Virus record (IMG/VR): IMGVR_UViG_3300028585_000041
Coordinates: 1-40,096 of that record
Length of the DNA stretch: 40,096 bases
Origin: a virus
Lineage: Duplodnaviria; Caudoviricetes
Direction: 5' to 3' (one strand)
Shown: one piece after another, positions 25,945 to 35,141 of the stretch
How positions within the stretch are numbered: position 1 is the first letter of the stretch
How the letters are laid out: the number at the start of each line of letters is the position of its first letter
Translations under genes and position numbers: made by a program
The notes under the pieces: generated by a model
The model's input: only the letters and a program-made list of their open reading frames with translations
What the model was told of the DNA's origin: nothing
The model's database searches: none

Positions 25945-27093
25945 TCAGTGGCCGAGCTGCTCGAGGTGCTCGCGGACGTCGGGTGCGTCGTGGATCCGGC
26001 CGGTGTAGTGCTGCTCGGTGACGCGCGTGTTCGAGTGGCCGAGGAGCGCGGCCGCGGTGTCGAGGTCGACCCCGTCGCGGATGAGCTTGCCGACGGTCTT
26101 CCGGAACGACTTCGGGGTGATCCAGTCGTCGTACCCGTGGTGGTCGCGGAAGTCGCGCCACTGCCGGCGCATGTTGTTCGGTGAGCGGAGCGTCCCGGTC
26201 GACGACGGGAACACCCACTCCGTGTAGGCGTCTGCGCGGCGCTGCATGAGCATGGCGACGGCGAACGGAGGCAGGGGGAGCCTGCGCCAAGACGAGGCTG
26301 TCTTCGGGTGCTTCTGGCGTTGCAGGCCCTCGCCGCGTACCTGGACGACGGTGCCGGTGATCGTGACGGTCGGGATGTCGGCGCCGAGGTCGACGTCCAC
26401 CCACCGGATGGCGAGCAGCTCGCCGGTCCGGACGGCGGTCGCCATGAGCATGTCGACCAGGTCGCCGAGCTCCGCGGTGCGTACCCGGCCGCCCTTGTCA
26501 GTGCCGGTGTCCCAGGCACGGAGCCGCTGCCGGAGCACGACGACGTCGGCTGGTGCGATGGTCTGCACCTCGCCGCGGGTGACGGCGACGGTGCGTGCCT
26601 CGGTGACGGGGTTCGTGCCGGCGGCGCCGTGCCGGACGGCGAGGGAGAACATGCCCTTCAGGATCACCCGGGCGGTCTTCGCCGCCGAGGGGGACTTCGC
26701 GATGAGCGCGCCGAGGTGCCTGTCGACGACGGGCACGGTGACCTCGCGGATCCGGAGAGCGCCGAGTGCGGGCTCGATGTGGGTGCGGAGCGATCGCCGG
26801 TACGCCTCGAGGGTGCCGGATGCGACCTTCCGCTCGAGGAGCGTGTCGTACCAGCGGTCGGCGAGGACCCGCACGTGGCTCTCGGCGGTGATCTCGCCGC
26901 CGTGGAGGCGTGTCCGGTCCCGGAGGTGCTCGACGAGCGTGTCTTCCGCCTGACGGCCCGTGAAGCCGGTGCGCTCGACGAGTCGGGTGACGCCGTCGAA
27001 GTCGCGGAAGCGGGCCTTCGCGACCCAGAGCTTCCCGCGGCGGCTGCGGGTGATCTGCCCCCAGGTGCCGAGGACGAGTGGTGGGCGGGGCAT
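25945..27093 (-). CDS. int: Tyrosine integrase
   Basis: TAVRTGELLAIRW, PKT, KSFRKT, LGHS, TEQHY. Confidence 0.95.
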   Translation of the reverse strand: MPRPPLVLGTWGQITRSRRGKLWVAKARFRDFDGVTRLVERTGFTGRQAEDTLVEHLRDRTRLHGGEITAESHVRVLADRWYDTLLERKVASGTLEAYRRSLRTHIEPALGALRIREVTVPVVDRHLGALIAKSPSAAKTARVILKGMFSLAVRHGAAGTNPVTEARTVAVTRGEVQTIAPADVVVLRQRLRAWDTGTDKGGRVRTAELGDLVDMLMATAVRTGELLAIRWVDVDLGADIPTVTITGTVVQVRGEGLQRQKHPKTASSWRRLPLPPFAVAMLMQRRADAYTEWVFPSSTGTLRSPNNMRRQWRDFRDHHGYDDWITPKSFRKTVGKLIRDGVDLDTAAALLGHSNTRVTEQHYTGRIHDAPDVREHLEQLGH

Positions 27094-27506
27094 CAGGCGC
27101 TGACGAGCCGGTGGCCGGCGTAGATGCGGGGGCCGAACTTGCGGAGCACGTAGCGGCGGAAGTCGTGGACGACGGCGGGGGTCACGTTGAGCTCCTCGGC
27201 GATGTAGTGGGTGTCGGGGCTGACGCGCTCGAGGGCGGCGTAGTCCTCGGGGTGTACGAGCAGCGTCGCGGCGTAGGAGTCGGCCTGGCGCTCGATGGCG
27301 CTGTCCCGGCCGGTGTCGCAGGTGTGCCCGTGGAAGACGTGCCCGAGCTCGTGTGCGAGGACGGAGCGCCGCTCGGACGGTGTGAGTCGGATGTCCAGGT
27401 AGATGCGGCTCTCGAGCGGGGAGTAGGCGCCGAGGAGGTCATCGGGCAAGTGCCCCATGACGACGCGGACGCCGTAGTCCCGTGCGATGTCCATCAGCTC
27501 TCTCAC
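27093..27506 (-). CDS. ImmA/IrrE-family metallopeptidase (anti-repressor)
   Basis: RSVLAHELGH...ERQADSYAATLL. Confidence 0.88.
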   Translation of the reverse strand: MRELMDIARDYGVRVVMGHLPDDLLGAYSPLESRIYLDIRLTPSERRSVLAHELGHVFHGHTCDTGRDSAIERQADSYAATLLVHPEDYAALERVSPDTHYIAEELNVTPAVVHDFRRYVLRKFGPRIYAGHRLVSA

Positions 27507-27523
27507 GTTGCCCCCGTGGGTGG

Positions 27524-27985
27524 TCAGTCGGCAGCCGGTTCGTCTGCCTTGCGCTGGCCGCGGCGTGCGGCCTTGGGGAGGGCCTCGAGGTGCGACGTGT
27601 CAGGGATGACGTCGTAGTCCTCGGAGGTGTCCTCATCTTGCGGGGTGGGTACGACACTGAGGTTCGGCTTCAGGCCCCAGCGCGCGAGGTCTGCGGCGTC
27701 GGCGGCAGCGAGGGTGTCGAAGTAGGTGGCACCGTGCCGGCGGATCGCGATCTCGGCGTTGCGGAGGATCTCGGCGGGCTCGATGTCGAGTCCGTGGCAG
27801 AGCCGGCCGAGCTCTTCGACGTCGATGACGCGGGCGCCGCGGAGGCTCTTGGAGACCGTCGAGTAGGGGAGCCGGCTGCGTTCGCCGAGCTCGCGGACGC
27901 CGATGTTGCGGCGGCTCGATTCCGCACGCAGCTCAGCGCTCACTGCCTGGCTCAGCGGACCCAATTCACGGCTGTTCGTTCCCAT
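27524..27985 (-). CDS. Immunity repressor (Xre HTH)
   Basis: GVRELGERSRLPYSTVSKSLRG HTH; divergent from Cro; leaderless start with TAGTTT -10. Confidence 0.85.
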   Translation of the reverse strand: MGTNSRELGPLSQAVSAELRAESSRRNIGVRELGERSRLPYSTVSKSLRGARVIDVEELGRLCHGLDIEPAEILRNAEIAIRRHGATYFDTLAAADAADLARWGLKPNLSVVPTPQDEDTSEDYDVIPDTSHLEALPKAARRGQRKADEPAAD

Positions 27986-28070
27986 GTGGAAAAAACTAGC
28001 CAGAAATGGAAACAACCACAAGTCCCCCTTGCGGCGGACACACATGGGCGCATACTGGTCCACATGGAAA
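27979..28070. promoter_or_regulatory. Lysis-lysogeny switch: divergent leaderless promoters and putative operators
   Basis: TAGTTT (minus strand, 27993-27998); TTGCGG-16-CATACT (plus strand, 28029-28056); CACATGG repeated three times. Confidence 0.65.
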
Positions 28071-28324
28071 CGCAGAGCTACAGCGAGCAAGTGGCGGGAG
28101 AGGTCCGAGCGGCCATCGGACGCGCCGGCCTGACGCAGTCCGCCGTGTCGACGAAGACCGGCATCTCCGGCGCGACGCTGTCCCGGAAGCTGTCCGGGAA
28201 GGTCGCGTTCGACGTCGAGGAGCTCAACGCGATCGCCGAGGCGCTCGGCCTCGTCACGTACGAGCTGATGCCCCGGACGAAGCCGGCGGCTCAGCGCGCT
28301 GAGGCGCTGGCGGTGGCCTCGTGA
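28064..28324 (+). CDS. Cro-like HTH regulator
   Basis: LTQSAVSTKTGISGATLSRKLSG. Confidence 0.85.
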   Translation: METQSYSEQVAGEVRAAIGRAGLTQSAVSTKTGISGATLSRKLSGKVAFDVEELNAIAEALGLVTYELMPRTKPAAQRAEALAVAS

Positions 28325-28530
28325 GCATCGACCTCGCCCAGACCCGACCCGACGACGAGCAGCTCGTCGACATCACCAGGGCGGCCGAGTACCTCGGCCT
28401 GAAGGTGAAGACCCTCTACGAGTGGCGTCGCCTCCGGAAGGGGCCCGTCGCGACGAAGGTCGGGCGCCTCGTGAAGTACCGCCTCGGCGACCTGCGCGCG
28501 TACGTCGCCGCGCAGCGCGACGCCGCCTGA
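28321..28530 (+). CDS. Excisionase-like HTH protein
   Basis: AAEYLGLKVKTLYEWR...GP...KVGRLVKY. Confidence 0.8.
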   Translation: MSIDLAQTRPDDEQLVDITRAAEYLGLKVKTLYEWRRLRKGPVATKVGRLVKYRLGDLRAYVAAQRDAA

Positions 28531-28611
28531 CTCTCTCCCTCTCTGATCTTCTGCCGCCCGGCTACCGACAGCCCGGCGGGATCACTTCTCCCACCCCGAA
28601 GGGGCAACGAC

Positions 28612-29007
28612 ATGTTCCGTGGTACCTCCATGCCTGCAGCCGGGCGGAAGCTCGCTGCGCTGATCCGCTCGGACGAGCTGATCTTCGACCACGACGGCCA
28701 CATCTGGCGCGTCCACTCCACCGCTCAGGTGCACGACCAGGTCGTGCTCACGATCCGCAACGAGCTCGGCGAGCGGTCCGTCGTCGAGGTCCCGCTCGAC
28801 GCGACGCTGCCGGTCCCGATCACGGGGACGACGGAGGCGCAGCGGACGCTGCTTCGCGGTCTGCCGTGGTGGGGCTTCGCAGTCGCGATCGCCGTCCTGT
28901 CGTGGGTCGTTGAGGCCCCGATCAACGGTGGCCTGCTGTTCCTCATCGTCGTCTCCTGGCTCGTCGGTGCCCTCGCGATGCTGACGCCGCCCAAGGGCAT
29001 CCGATGA
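28612..29007 (+). CDS. Hypothetical protein with two C-terminal TM helices
   Basis: Hydrophobic C-terminus; GAAGGGG RBS. Confidence 0.65.
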   Translation: MFRGTSMPAAGRKLAALIRSDELIFDHDGHIWRVHSTAQVHDQVVLTIRNELGERSVVEVPLDATLPVPITGTTEAQRTLLRGLPWWGFAVAIAVLSWVVEAPINGGLLFLIVVSWLVGALAMLTPPKGIR

Positions 29008-29102
29008 TCGCCGTGGTCCGGGCCTGGGTGGCGCGCCACATCATCGGTGACGACCCGGCGCCGGTGCTCTCTCGGCTCGACGTCGCAGACGGCGTGCGGT
29101 GA
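29004..29102 (+). CDS. 32-aa micro-ORF
   Basis: MIAVVRAWVARHIIGDDPAPVLSRLDVADGVR; ATGA and TGATG coupling at both ends. Confidence 0.55.
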   Translation: MIAVVRAWVARHIIGDDPAPVLSRLDVADGVR

Positions 29103-29377
29103 TGGCCGTGGAGCTGCCGGTGCACCTGCAGATCGCGTTGGCGGAGTACCCGCAGTGCGAGAAGCGGACTCGGCGGACGCAGGACCACGTCGAGCGGTGC
29201 GCGAAGCCGTCGGAGTGGGCGATGCGGTGCAACCACTGCGAAGCGGTGTCCTTCGTCTGCGAGGAGCACGGCGCGTTCCTCGCGTCCCGGCAGAAGCCGC
29301 AGGCGTGCTCGGCGTGTAACACGGTCGGGCTGGTGCCGTTGCGGTGGACGTGGATCCACCTGCGGTGCGGCTCGTGA
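29102..29377 (+). CDS. Cys-rich hypothetical protein
   Basis: CNHC, CEEH, CSAC. Confidence 0.65.
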   Translation: MAVELPVHLQIALAEYPQCEKRTRRTQDHVERCAKPSEWAMRCNHCEAVSFVCEEHGAFLASRQKPQACSACNTVGLVPLRWTWIHLRCGS

Positions 29378-29913
29378 TCGTCGTCGGCCTGGACCTGTCT
29401 CTGGCGAGCACAGGGGTCGCGGTGATCCGAGACGGGCAGGTGTCGCTCGAACGGGTCGATGCAGCTGCGTCGGACGACCCGCTGCTGTCGTGGCGTCGCA
29501 TCGAGTCGACGGCTCAGCGGACGCTCCGCCAGGTGCCGGCCGGGGCGCTCGTCGTCCTCGAGGGGCCGTCGTGGGGTTCTCGGTTCGGGAAGCCGGACGA
29601 GCGGCACGCGCAGCGGTGGATGGTCCGCGGCCCGCTCCTCGCGTGCGGTCACGTCGTCGTCATCGTGTCACCCCGAACTCGGGCGAAGTACGCCGCCAAC
29701 GACGGCAAGGCGCAGAAGCGGGCGGTGCTCGCGTCGATGCGGGCCCGTCATCCCGATCTGACGATCCGGGACCACAACGTGGCCGACGCTCTCGCCCTCG
29801 CGGCGATGGGTGCGCGGTCCTTCGGCTCACCGATCGATGGGGAGCCGAGCAAGCAGCAGATCGAGGCCATGGGCGCAGTGTCCTGGCCCATCAACGAAGG
29901 GAGCGCGTCGTGA
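29374..29913 (+). CDS. RuvC-like Holliday junction resolvase
   Basis: VVGLDLSLASTGVA, VVLEG, KYA..G.A.K, NVADALALA. Confidence 0.85.
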   Translation: MIVVGLDLSLASTGVAVIRDGQVSLERVDAAASDDPLLSWRRIESTAQRTLRQVPAGALVVLEGPSWGSRFGKPDERHAQRWMVRGPLLACGHVVVIVSPRTRAKYAANDGKAQKRAVLASMRARHPDLTIRDHNVADALALAAMGARSFGSPIDGEPSKQQIEAMGAVSWPINEGSAS

Positions 29914-30287
29914 GCGTGCAGATCATGAAGCGGAAGCTCGAAGAAACCCGGGACGGCCTGCAGGAGGTGGACGTCGACGGGGCGCTGGCTCACGCGCAGC
30001 TGGGGCACAAGGTGACGGCGATCGTCACATACGAGGTCATCGAGCACCGGGACAATGCGGATGGTTCGTCGACGCTCGTGAAGGCCGTGCACATCGAGCC
30101 GCTGTCCGGCGGCCTGGTGGCGTCGGCGCAGGACCTGCAGCAGCAGGCGTACCAGGTGCGGACGGGGAACGAGACGCTCGGCATCTTCGACGCCGAGCAG
30201 ACGCCGGCGGACGACGAGCTCACGGAGCAGGAGATCGGCGGCACCATCGCCGAGCAGCTGCGCGACCCGTTCGGCGGCGACCAGTGA
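29910..30287 (+). CDS. Hypothetical protein
   Basis: GTGA coupling; acidic tail. Confidence 0.65.
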   Translation: MSVQIMKRKLEETRDGLQEVDVDGALAHAQLGHKVTAIVTYEVIEHRDNADGSSTLVKAVHIEPLSGGLVASAQDLQQQAYQVRTGNETLGIFDAEQTPADDELTEQEIGGTIAEQLRDPFGGDQ

Positions 30288-31465
30288 GCGCCGCGGTGCG
30301 GACGTCGCTGCCCGCTGAGCTCGAGGCGCGTGCCGGCGCTCCGGACACCGACCGCCCAGCGTGGCTCCTCAACCGTGCCGGCGGTGTCACGGCGACGGAG
30401 ATCCGCGACCTCTACCTGCGGGCTCACGGCCTCGGCGGGAAGAGCGATGAGCAGATCATCCGGGAGAAGCTGACGTTCCTGCTGGCGACGTCACAGGAGG
30501 AGCTCGAGGCTGCCGCCGCCGGGTCGACCATCGGGAACAAGTTCATCGAGTGGGGCAAGACGCGGGAGCCGATCATCGCCGCGCAGCTGCAGGAGTCCTT
30601 CGGGATGCTGCCGGAGTCGCGTGTGTTCCGCTCGGCGTCGAACCCGCGGTACCTCGCGTCGCCTGACGGCGTTCGCGCTGTCACCGGTGACGACGGCGAT
30701 GTGCTCGAGGTGGCGGAGATCAAGACGTCGGGCGTCGACATCGCACCAGGCGAGGCCGCGTACCGGAAGAAGGGCTACGCGATCCAGCAGCAGTGGGTCA
30801 TGGGTGTCCTCGGCGCTGTCCGGTCCCTGTACGCGTGGGAGCAGCACGACGGCGACTGGCTGCCGCGTGGTGGCCGGTACGAGGAGCCGGAGCCGCTGGA
30901 CCTGTTCGTCCCGACGGCGTGGGTCGAGTTCGACGCGGACCTGTTCGCGGAGCTCGTCGTCATCGCTGACCAGTTCCTCGAGCGCCTCGACGCGGCGCTG
31001 GCGGCTGCTCGTGCCGGTGAGGAGCCGGTGATCGATGAGGAGCTGGACACCCTCGCCGTGAACTACCTGCGCGGTCTCGACCTCGAGAAGGAGGCGAAGG
31101 CGCTGAAGGAGCCGGCGTACCGGGCGATGTTCGACCGGCTGGACGCGGGGGAGGCGGTGGTGCAGGAGTCGCCGCTCGCTCGGGTGTCGTTCACGCCGGC
31201 CGTCGTCGAGGAGCGGCCGGTGTTCGGCATCGACCGGGTGGCGGCGGAGGCCGCTCGTCCGGCGGGGCTGTACGAGCGGCTGCAGCTGGCGGAGGACGAC
31301 TTCGACCAGGCGGAGAAGGCGCTGAAGCGTGAGCGGCTGGCGGTGGAGGCGTTCGAGGCGGAGCACATCCGTCAGACGGGTGTGGAGCAGGTCGTGGTGA
31401 AGAAGGCAGCGCTGCGGGTCACCGCGGCGAAGACGACGAAGCAGGCGAAGGAGAAGGCAGCGTGA
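30284..31465 (+). CDS. YqaJ/lambda-exonuclease-like recombination nuclease
   Basis: WLLNRAGGVTATE, WGKTRE, ASPDG, EIKT, Y..Q.QW. Confidence 0.88.
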   Translation: MSAAVRTSLPAELEARAGAPDTDRPAWLLNRAGGVTATEIRDLYLRAHGLGGKSDEQIIREKLTFLLATSQEELEAAAAGSTIGNKFIEWGKTREPIIAAQLQESFGMLPESRVFRSASNPRYLASPDGVRAVTGDDGDVLEVAEIKTSGVDIAPGEAAYRKKGYAIQQQWVMGVLGAVRSLYAWEQHDGDWLPRGGRYEEPEPLDLFVPTAWVEFDADLFAELVVIADQFLERLDAALAAARAGEEPVIDEELDTLAVNYLRGLDLEKEAKALKEPAYRAMFDRLDAGEAVVQESPLARVSFTPAVVEERPVFGIDRVAAEAARPAGLYERLQLAEDDFDQAEKALKRERLAVEAFEAEHIRQTGVEQVVVKKAALRVTAAKTTKQAKEKAA

Positions 31466-32406
31466 CGAACGCAGTGGCAGCGCTCCCCTCAACGGGAGAC
31501 GAGACGAAGTGGACGGCGTCCGAGGCGGCGCTCGTCGAGGCGGCCGGTCTGGTGACGGGCCCGCCGGCAGCACGGCGGTTGGCGCCGCGTCCGGTGGTCG
31601 AGGCGTTCCTGATGCACGCGCAGCGGACCGGGTTGGACCCGATCGCGCGGCAGATCTACTGCATCGAGCGTGGCGGCAAGTGGGGCACGCAGGTGTCGAT
31701 CGACGGGGCGCGCCTTGTGGCCGAGCGGACCGGGCAGTACCGCGGGCAGACGGCGACACAGTGGACGTCTGACGGTGTGACGTGGGTCGACGTGTGGCTC
31801 GCGAGCGAAGCCCCGAAGGCCGCCCGGGTGGGCGTGCACCGTGAGGGGTTCGTGGAGCCGCTGTACGCGGTGGCGACGCTGGACGCGTACAACGCGGGCG
31901 GGCCGATGTGGCGGAAGATGCCGGCGCTGATGCTCGGGAAGTGCGCGGAGATGTTGGCGTTGCGGAAGGCGTTCCCGCAGGACCTGTCGGGGCTGTACTC
32001 GACGGAGGAGATGGACCAGGCGAACGCTGGCCGTCCGCAGCAGCAGGCTCCGGCCTCGCAGGAGCAGCCGGCGCTGGTGGAGGCGCCGGTGGAGCCGCCG
32101 ACGGACTGGTTCGCGGAGGCCGCGGCGGTGTCGTCGAAGGACGAGGCGAACGCGCTGTGGCGTCGGGTGCCGAAGCAGGAGCGGTCGGGTGAGCTGCAGG
32201 CGGCGATCGGTGCTCGGCTGGCGGCTCTGGCCGAGCCGGTGAAGGAGCCGGAGCCGGAGTGGGCGGAGCAGCAGCCGGAGACGCCGACAACGGACTGGGC
32301 GACGGCGGAGGTGCCGCAGTCGGACGACGAGGTGGAGACGGTCGACGGTGTGCTTGAGGGCACGGAGGTCGACGAGACGCCGAGCGCCGGCGGGTACGAC
32401 CGATGA
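31462..32406 (+). CDS. bet: Bet/RecT-family single-strand annealing protein
   Basis: GLDPIARQIY, SIDG, WRKMPALMLGKCAE, LRKAFP..GLY..EEM. Confidence 0.9.
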   Translation: MTNAVAALPSTGDETKWTASEAALVEAAGLVTGPPAARRLAPRPVVEAFLMHAQRTGLDPIARQIYCIERGGKWGTQVSIDGARLVAERTGQYRGQTATQWTSDGVTWVDVWLASEAPKAARVGVHREGFVEPLYAVATLDAYNAGGPMWRKMPALMLGKCAEMLALRKAFPQDLSGLYSTEEMDQANAGRPQQQAPASQEQPALVEAPVEPPTDWFAEAAAVSSKDEANALWRRVPKQERSGELQAAIGARLAALAEPVKEPEPEWAEQQPETPTTDWATAEVPQSDDEVETVDGVLEGTEVDETPSAGGYDR

Positions 32407-32669
32407 GGCGCCCGGGCGATCCGTATCCGCGCTGTGAGTCCGTGCACGACGGCAAGCAGTGCGAGCGGACTGTGAACCACACGCTGAAGACGAAGGCGCG
32501 CGGTGGTCCTCATCGCAGCGGTGACGTCCAGTGGTGGACCACGAAGAGCGGCGGAACTCGGCTGCACGAGCCCGATGGGCTCGATGCATCGAAGCCGCCT
32601 CGTCCGGTCGATCCCGGCCCTCAGACCGAGGCTGACTTCCAGACGTGGGGTCGGGGGTGGAGCTGGTGA
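32403..32669 (+). CDS. Hypothetical Cys/His protein
   Basis: RC...C....NH...PH.....W; ATGA coupling. Confidence 0.55.
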   Translation: MRRPGDPYPRCESVHDGKQCERTVNHTLKTKARGGPHRSGDVQWWTTKSGGTRLHEPDGLDASKPPRPVDPGPQTEADFQTWGRGWSW

Positions 32670-33181
32670 GCGCCGTGGATGTCGCGACAGGCGAGATCGT
32701 CGACCGGCCGCCGCTGGATCCGCGGATCGCGAACGTCCTGGCCTCGGTCGGCATCCACCGGCCGGACCCGGACGACCGGCTGCACGTCGCCCTGGTGAAC
32801 GCGGTCGGGCGGACCCTGACGGGTTCGTACGGGGCGCAGCTGATCGCGATGCGGTTCGAGGTCGCGCAGCAGCTGAGGGAGGCCGGTGTCGACTTCGCGA
32901 CCGCGAAGGTCCGGTTCGAGAACCACGTCGACCGGGAGACCGTCCGGGCCGTCATGGGTGACGGAAAGGTGTCCCGCGCTCTGGCTGAGCAGATGGCTCG
33001 GGGGTCGAACGACGGGTTCCGGTTGCAGTTGGCCGCCCTGGTGGCGGAGAAGCACGAGCAGTGGTTGCGGAAGCTGCTGGACACGTTCGCGGCTGCCGCG
33101 GACAACCACCGTACCGATCGCGCCGATCAGCGCGCGGCGGATCAGTTCCAGGCTCACGGGCACGTCCCGGAGCAGAGGTAG
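32666..33181 (+). CDS. Hypothetical helical protein
   Basis: GTGA coupling; codon usage. Confidence 0.65.
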   Translation: MSAVDVATGEIVDRPPLDPRIANVLASVGIHRPDPDDRLHVALVNAVGRTLTGSYGAQLIAMRFEVAQQLREAGVDFATAKVRFENHVDRETVRAVMGDGKVSRALAEQMARGSNDGFRLQLAALVAEKHEQWLRKLLDTFAAAADNHRTDRADQRAADQFQAHGHVPEQR

Positions 33182-33190
33182 GAGAAGGCC

Positions 33191-33787
33191 ATGCCAACCG
33201 GCTACACGGACACGCTCTACAAGGGCGAGGACCAGACGTTCGAGCAGTTTGCGATGCAGTGCGCGCGCGCGTTCGGCGCCCTGATCGACCTGCGGGACGA
33301 GCCGCACGCTGAGATCCCGGACCGTTTCGAGCCGTCGTCGTGGGAGCGCAAGTCGGTCGACGACGCGCTGTCTCGGGTGTTCGAGCTGCGTCGGCGGACG
33401 CTGAAGCAGTGGGCTGACGCGCAGGACTCGGAGATCGCCGAGCACAACGAGCACGTCCGCACGGCCATCCGCAAGGCGATCGAGCTGCAGAGCCGGTACG
33501 AGCTGATGCTCTCAGCCGTGCGGGGCTGGCGGCCGCCGACGGAGGAGCACAAGGGGCTGCAGGAGTTCATGGTGCAGCAGCTGCAGGAGTCGATCCGGTT
33601 CGACTGCTCAGGGCTGTCGCTCGTTCAGCAGCGCGCGGTGCCGGTCGCCGAGTACGCGCAGCGGACTCAAGACGCCGCCGACCGTGAGCTCGACCGCGCG
33701 GAGGAAGCGTGGCGGAAGGCGCAGGAGCGGACTGCGGGTCGTACGGCGTGGGTGCAGGCGCTGCGCGATTCGTTGGGCGGTGCCTGA
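33191..33787 (+). CDS. Hypothetical coiled-coil phage protein (MPTGYT start)
   Basis: GGAG RBS; MPTGYT...CARAFGA...W.PPT.EH.GL..FM..QL. Confidence 0.75.
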   Translation: MPTGYTDTLYKGEDQTFEQFAMQCARAFGALIDLRDEPHAEIPDRFEPSSWERKSVDDALSRVFELRRRTLKQWADAQDSEIAEHNEHVRTAIRKAIELQSRYELMLSAVRGWRPPTEEHKGLQEFMVQQLQESIRFDCSGLSLVQQRAVPVAEYAQRTQDAADRELDRAEEAWRKAQERTAGRTAWVQALRDSLGGA

Positions 33788-34155
33788 TGGCTGAGAACAC
33801 GATGCTGGTGCGTCGCGGTGACGTGGTGCACGTCCGCGGCTGCGAGCTGGTCCGGGGCGCGAACGTCGTCCCCGTGATCCACCCCGACGGCGCCATGAAG
33901 TTCTGCACCCGATGTGGTGCGACGCCGACGCCGAAGGTCATGGCGGGCGCGCTGAACGCTGGCGTGTACGGGAAGACGGTGGCGGTGCCGGAGTCCGGTC
34001 TGGATGCGCCGTTCGAGGGTCGTGTGATCGCGATCTCGCATGACGGGTCGATCACGGGGCGCACGGTGACGACGTTCACGTTCGAGCCGTCGCTCGGCGG
34101 CCGGGCCCGGGTGCTGACGGTGGACTCGACGGTCCGAGTCGAGGTGCGGCGATGA
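33787..34155 (+). CDS. Hypothetical protein
   Basis: TGATG coupling; HVRGC...CTRC. Confidence 0.6.
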   Translation: MAENTMLVRRGDVVHVRGCELVRGANVVPVIHPDGAMKFCTRCGATPTPKVMAGALNAGVYGKTVAVPESGLDAPFEGRVIAISHDGSITGRTVTTFTFEPSLGGRARVLTVDSTVRVEVRR

Positions 34156-34469
34156 GCGGCGAACTGGGTGTGCAGGTGCGGGTCGAACTGCCGGCTGCGC
34201 AGTTCCGGGCGCTCGAGCAGCTGGCTGAGGAGCACGGCACGTCGGTGCGGTCCCTGGTGCGCGAGTGTGTTCGCCGTCAGCTGGTCGGCGAGGCGAAGGC
34301 GGTCGACCCGAAGCTGGTGAGCATCCGTGAGATGCACGGTGAGGGGCTGTCGGACTCGGAGATCGGTCGGCGGCTCGGTCTGGCGCACTCGACGGTCTCG
34401 AAGCACCGACGTCGGATGGGCCTTGAGGCGAACTTCCCGAGCTGGTCGCGTCAGGCGGTGGCGGCATGA
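34152..34469 (+). CDS. Ribbon-helix-helix plus HTH DNA-binding protein
   Basis: VRVELP..LA..HGTSV.SLVR; GLSDSEIGRRLGLAHSTVSKHR. Confidence 0.7.
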   Translation: MSGELGVQVRVELPAAQFRALEQLAEEHGTSVRSLVRECVRRQLVGEAKAVDPKLVSIREMHGEGLSDSEIGRRLGLAHSTVSKHRRRMGLEANFPSWSRQAVAA

Positions 34470-34822
34470 GCTCGCGGACGCCGGCGCCGCTCCTCGCCGC
34501 GCTGGAGGCCCGTGACGGCCGTCGGAGCGCGTGGACGGGCGACGAGTCGGACACCCTCGTTCCGCAGCACCGGCAGGGCGGCATGGGCGGCCGGCGGTCG
34601 AAGCACCGCCTGTCGAACGTGGTGTGGCTCGAAAGCTCGATCAACGGGGCGATCGAGTCGGATCCGGAGATGCAGGCGGAGGCGGTGCGCCGGGGCATCA
34701 AGATCGGCGGCCACGACGACCCGGAGCTGGTCGAGGTGCGGCACGCGGTGCACGGGCTGGTGCTGCTGCGTGACAACGGTCAGGTGGTGCCGGTGTACCC
34801 GCCGGCCGGGGTGTGGCCGTGA
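34466..34822 (+). CDS. Degenerate HNH-like protein
   Basis: ARDG...QHRQGGMGG...SNVVWL...N; usual Zn-binding Cys pairs absent. Confidence 0.55.
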   Translation: MSSRTPAPLLAALEARDGRRSAWTGDESDTLVPQHRQGGMGGRRSKHRLSNVVWLESSINGAIESDPEMQAEAVRRGIKIGGHDDPELVEVRHAVHGLVLLRDNGQVVPVYPPAGVWP

Positions 34823-34998
34823 AGCCGATCGAGGCGCAGTTCGAGACGGACTGCGCGGAGTGTGGATACGTGATCCGCCGAGGGCAGCTGATCGAGATGA
34901 CGCCGGACGGGTTCTGGCAGCACTCGCGGTGCCCGGCCCCCGCACCGATCTGCACGCAGTGCTGGCTCGAGAAGCCGTGCGGATGCGAGGACGGCTGA
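34819..34998 (+). CDS. Small Cys-rich protein
   Basis: CAEC, HSRC, CTQC, CGC. Confidence 0.6.
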   Translation: MKPIEAQFETDCAECGYVIRRGQLIEMTPDGFWQHSRCPAPAPICTQCWLEKPCGCEDG

Positions 34999-35141
34999 TG
35001 GCCCTGAGCGAGGCGGCCGTGCTGGCGCATCTGGCCCGGTGGGAGGCGCACCGAAACCCGCTCGTCGCGGCGATGGCGGAGGGCATGAGGACCCGCATCG
35101 AGGCGGGCGAGATGGACGAACGAGAGGAGGAGGAACCGTGA
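34998..35141 (+). CDS. Small hypothetical protein, 47 aa
   Basis: Coupled at both ends (TGATG, GTGA). Confidence 0.55.
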   Translation: MALSEAAVLAHLARWEAHRNPLVAAMAEGMRTRIEAGEMDEREEEEP

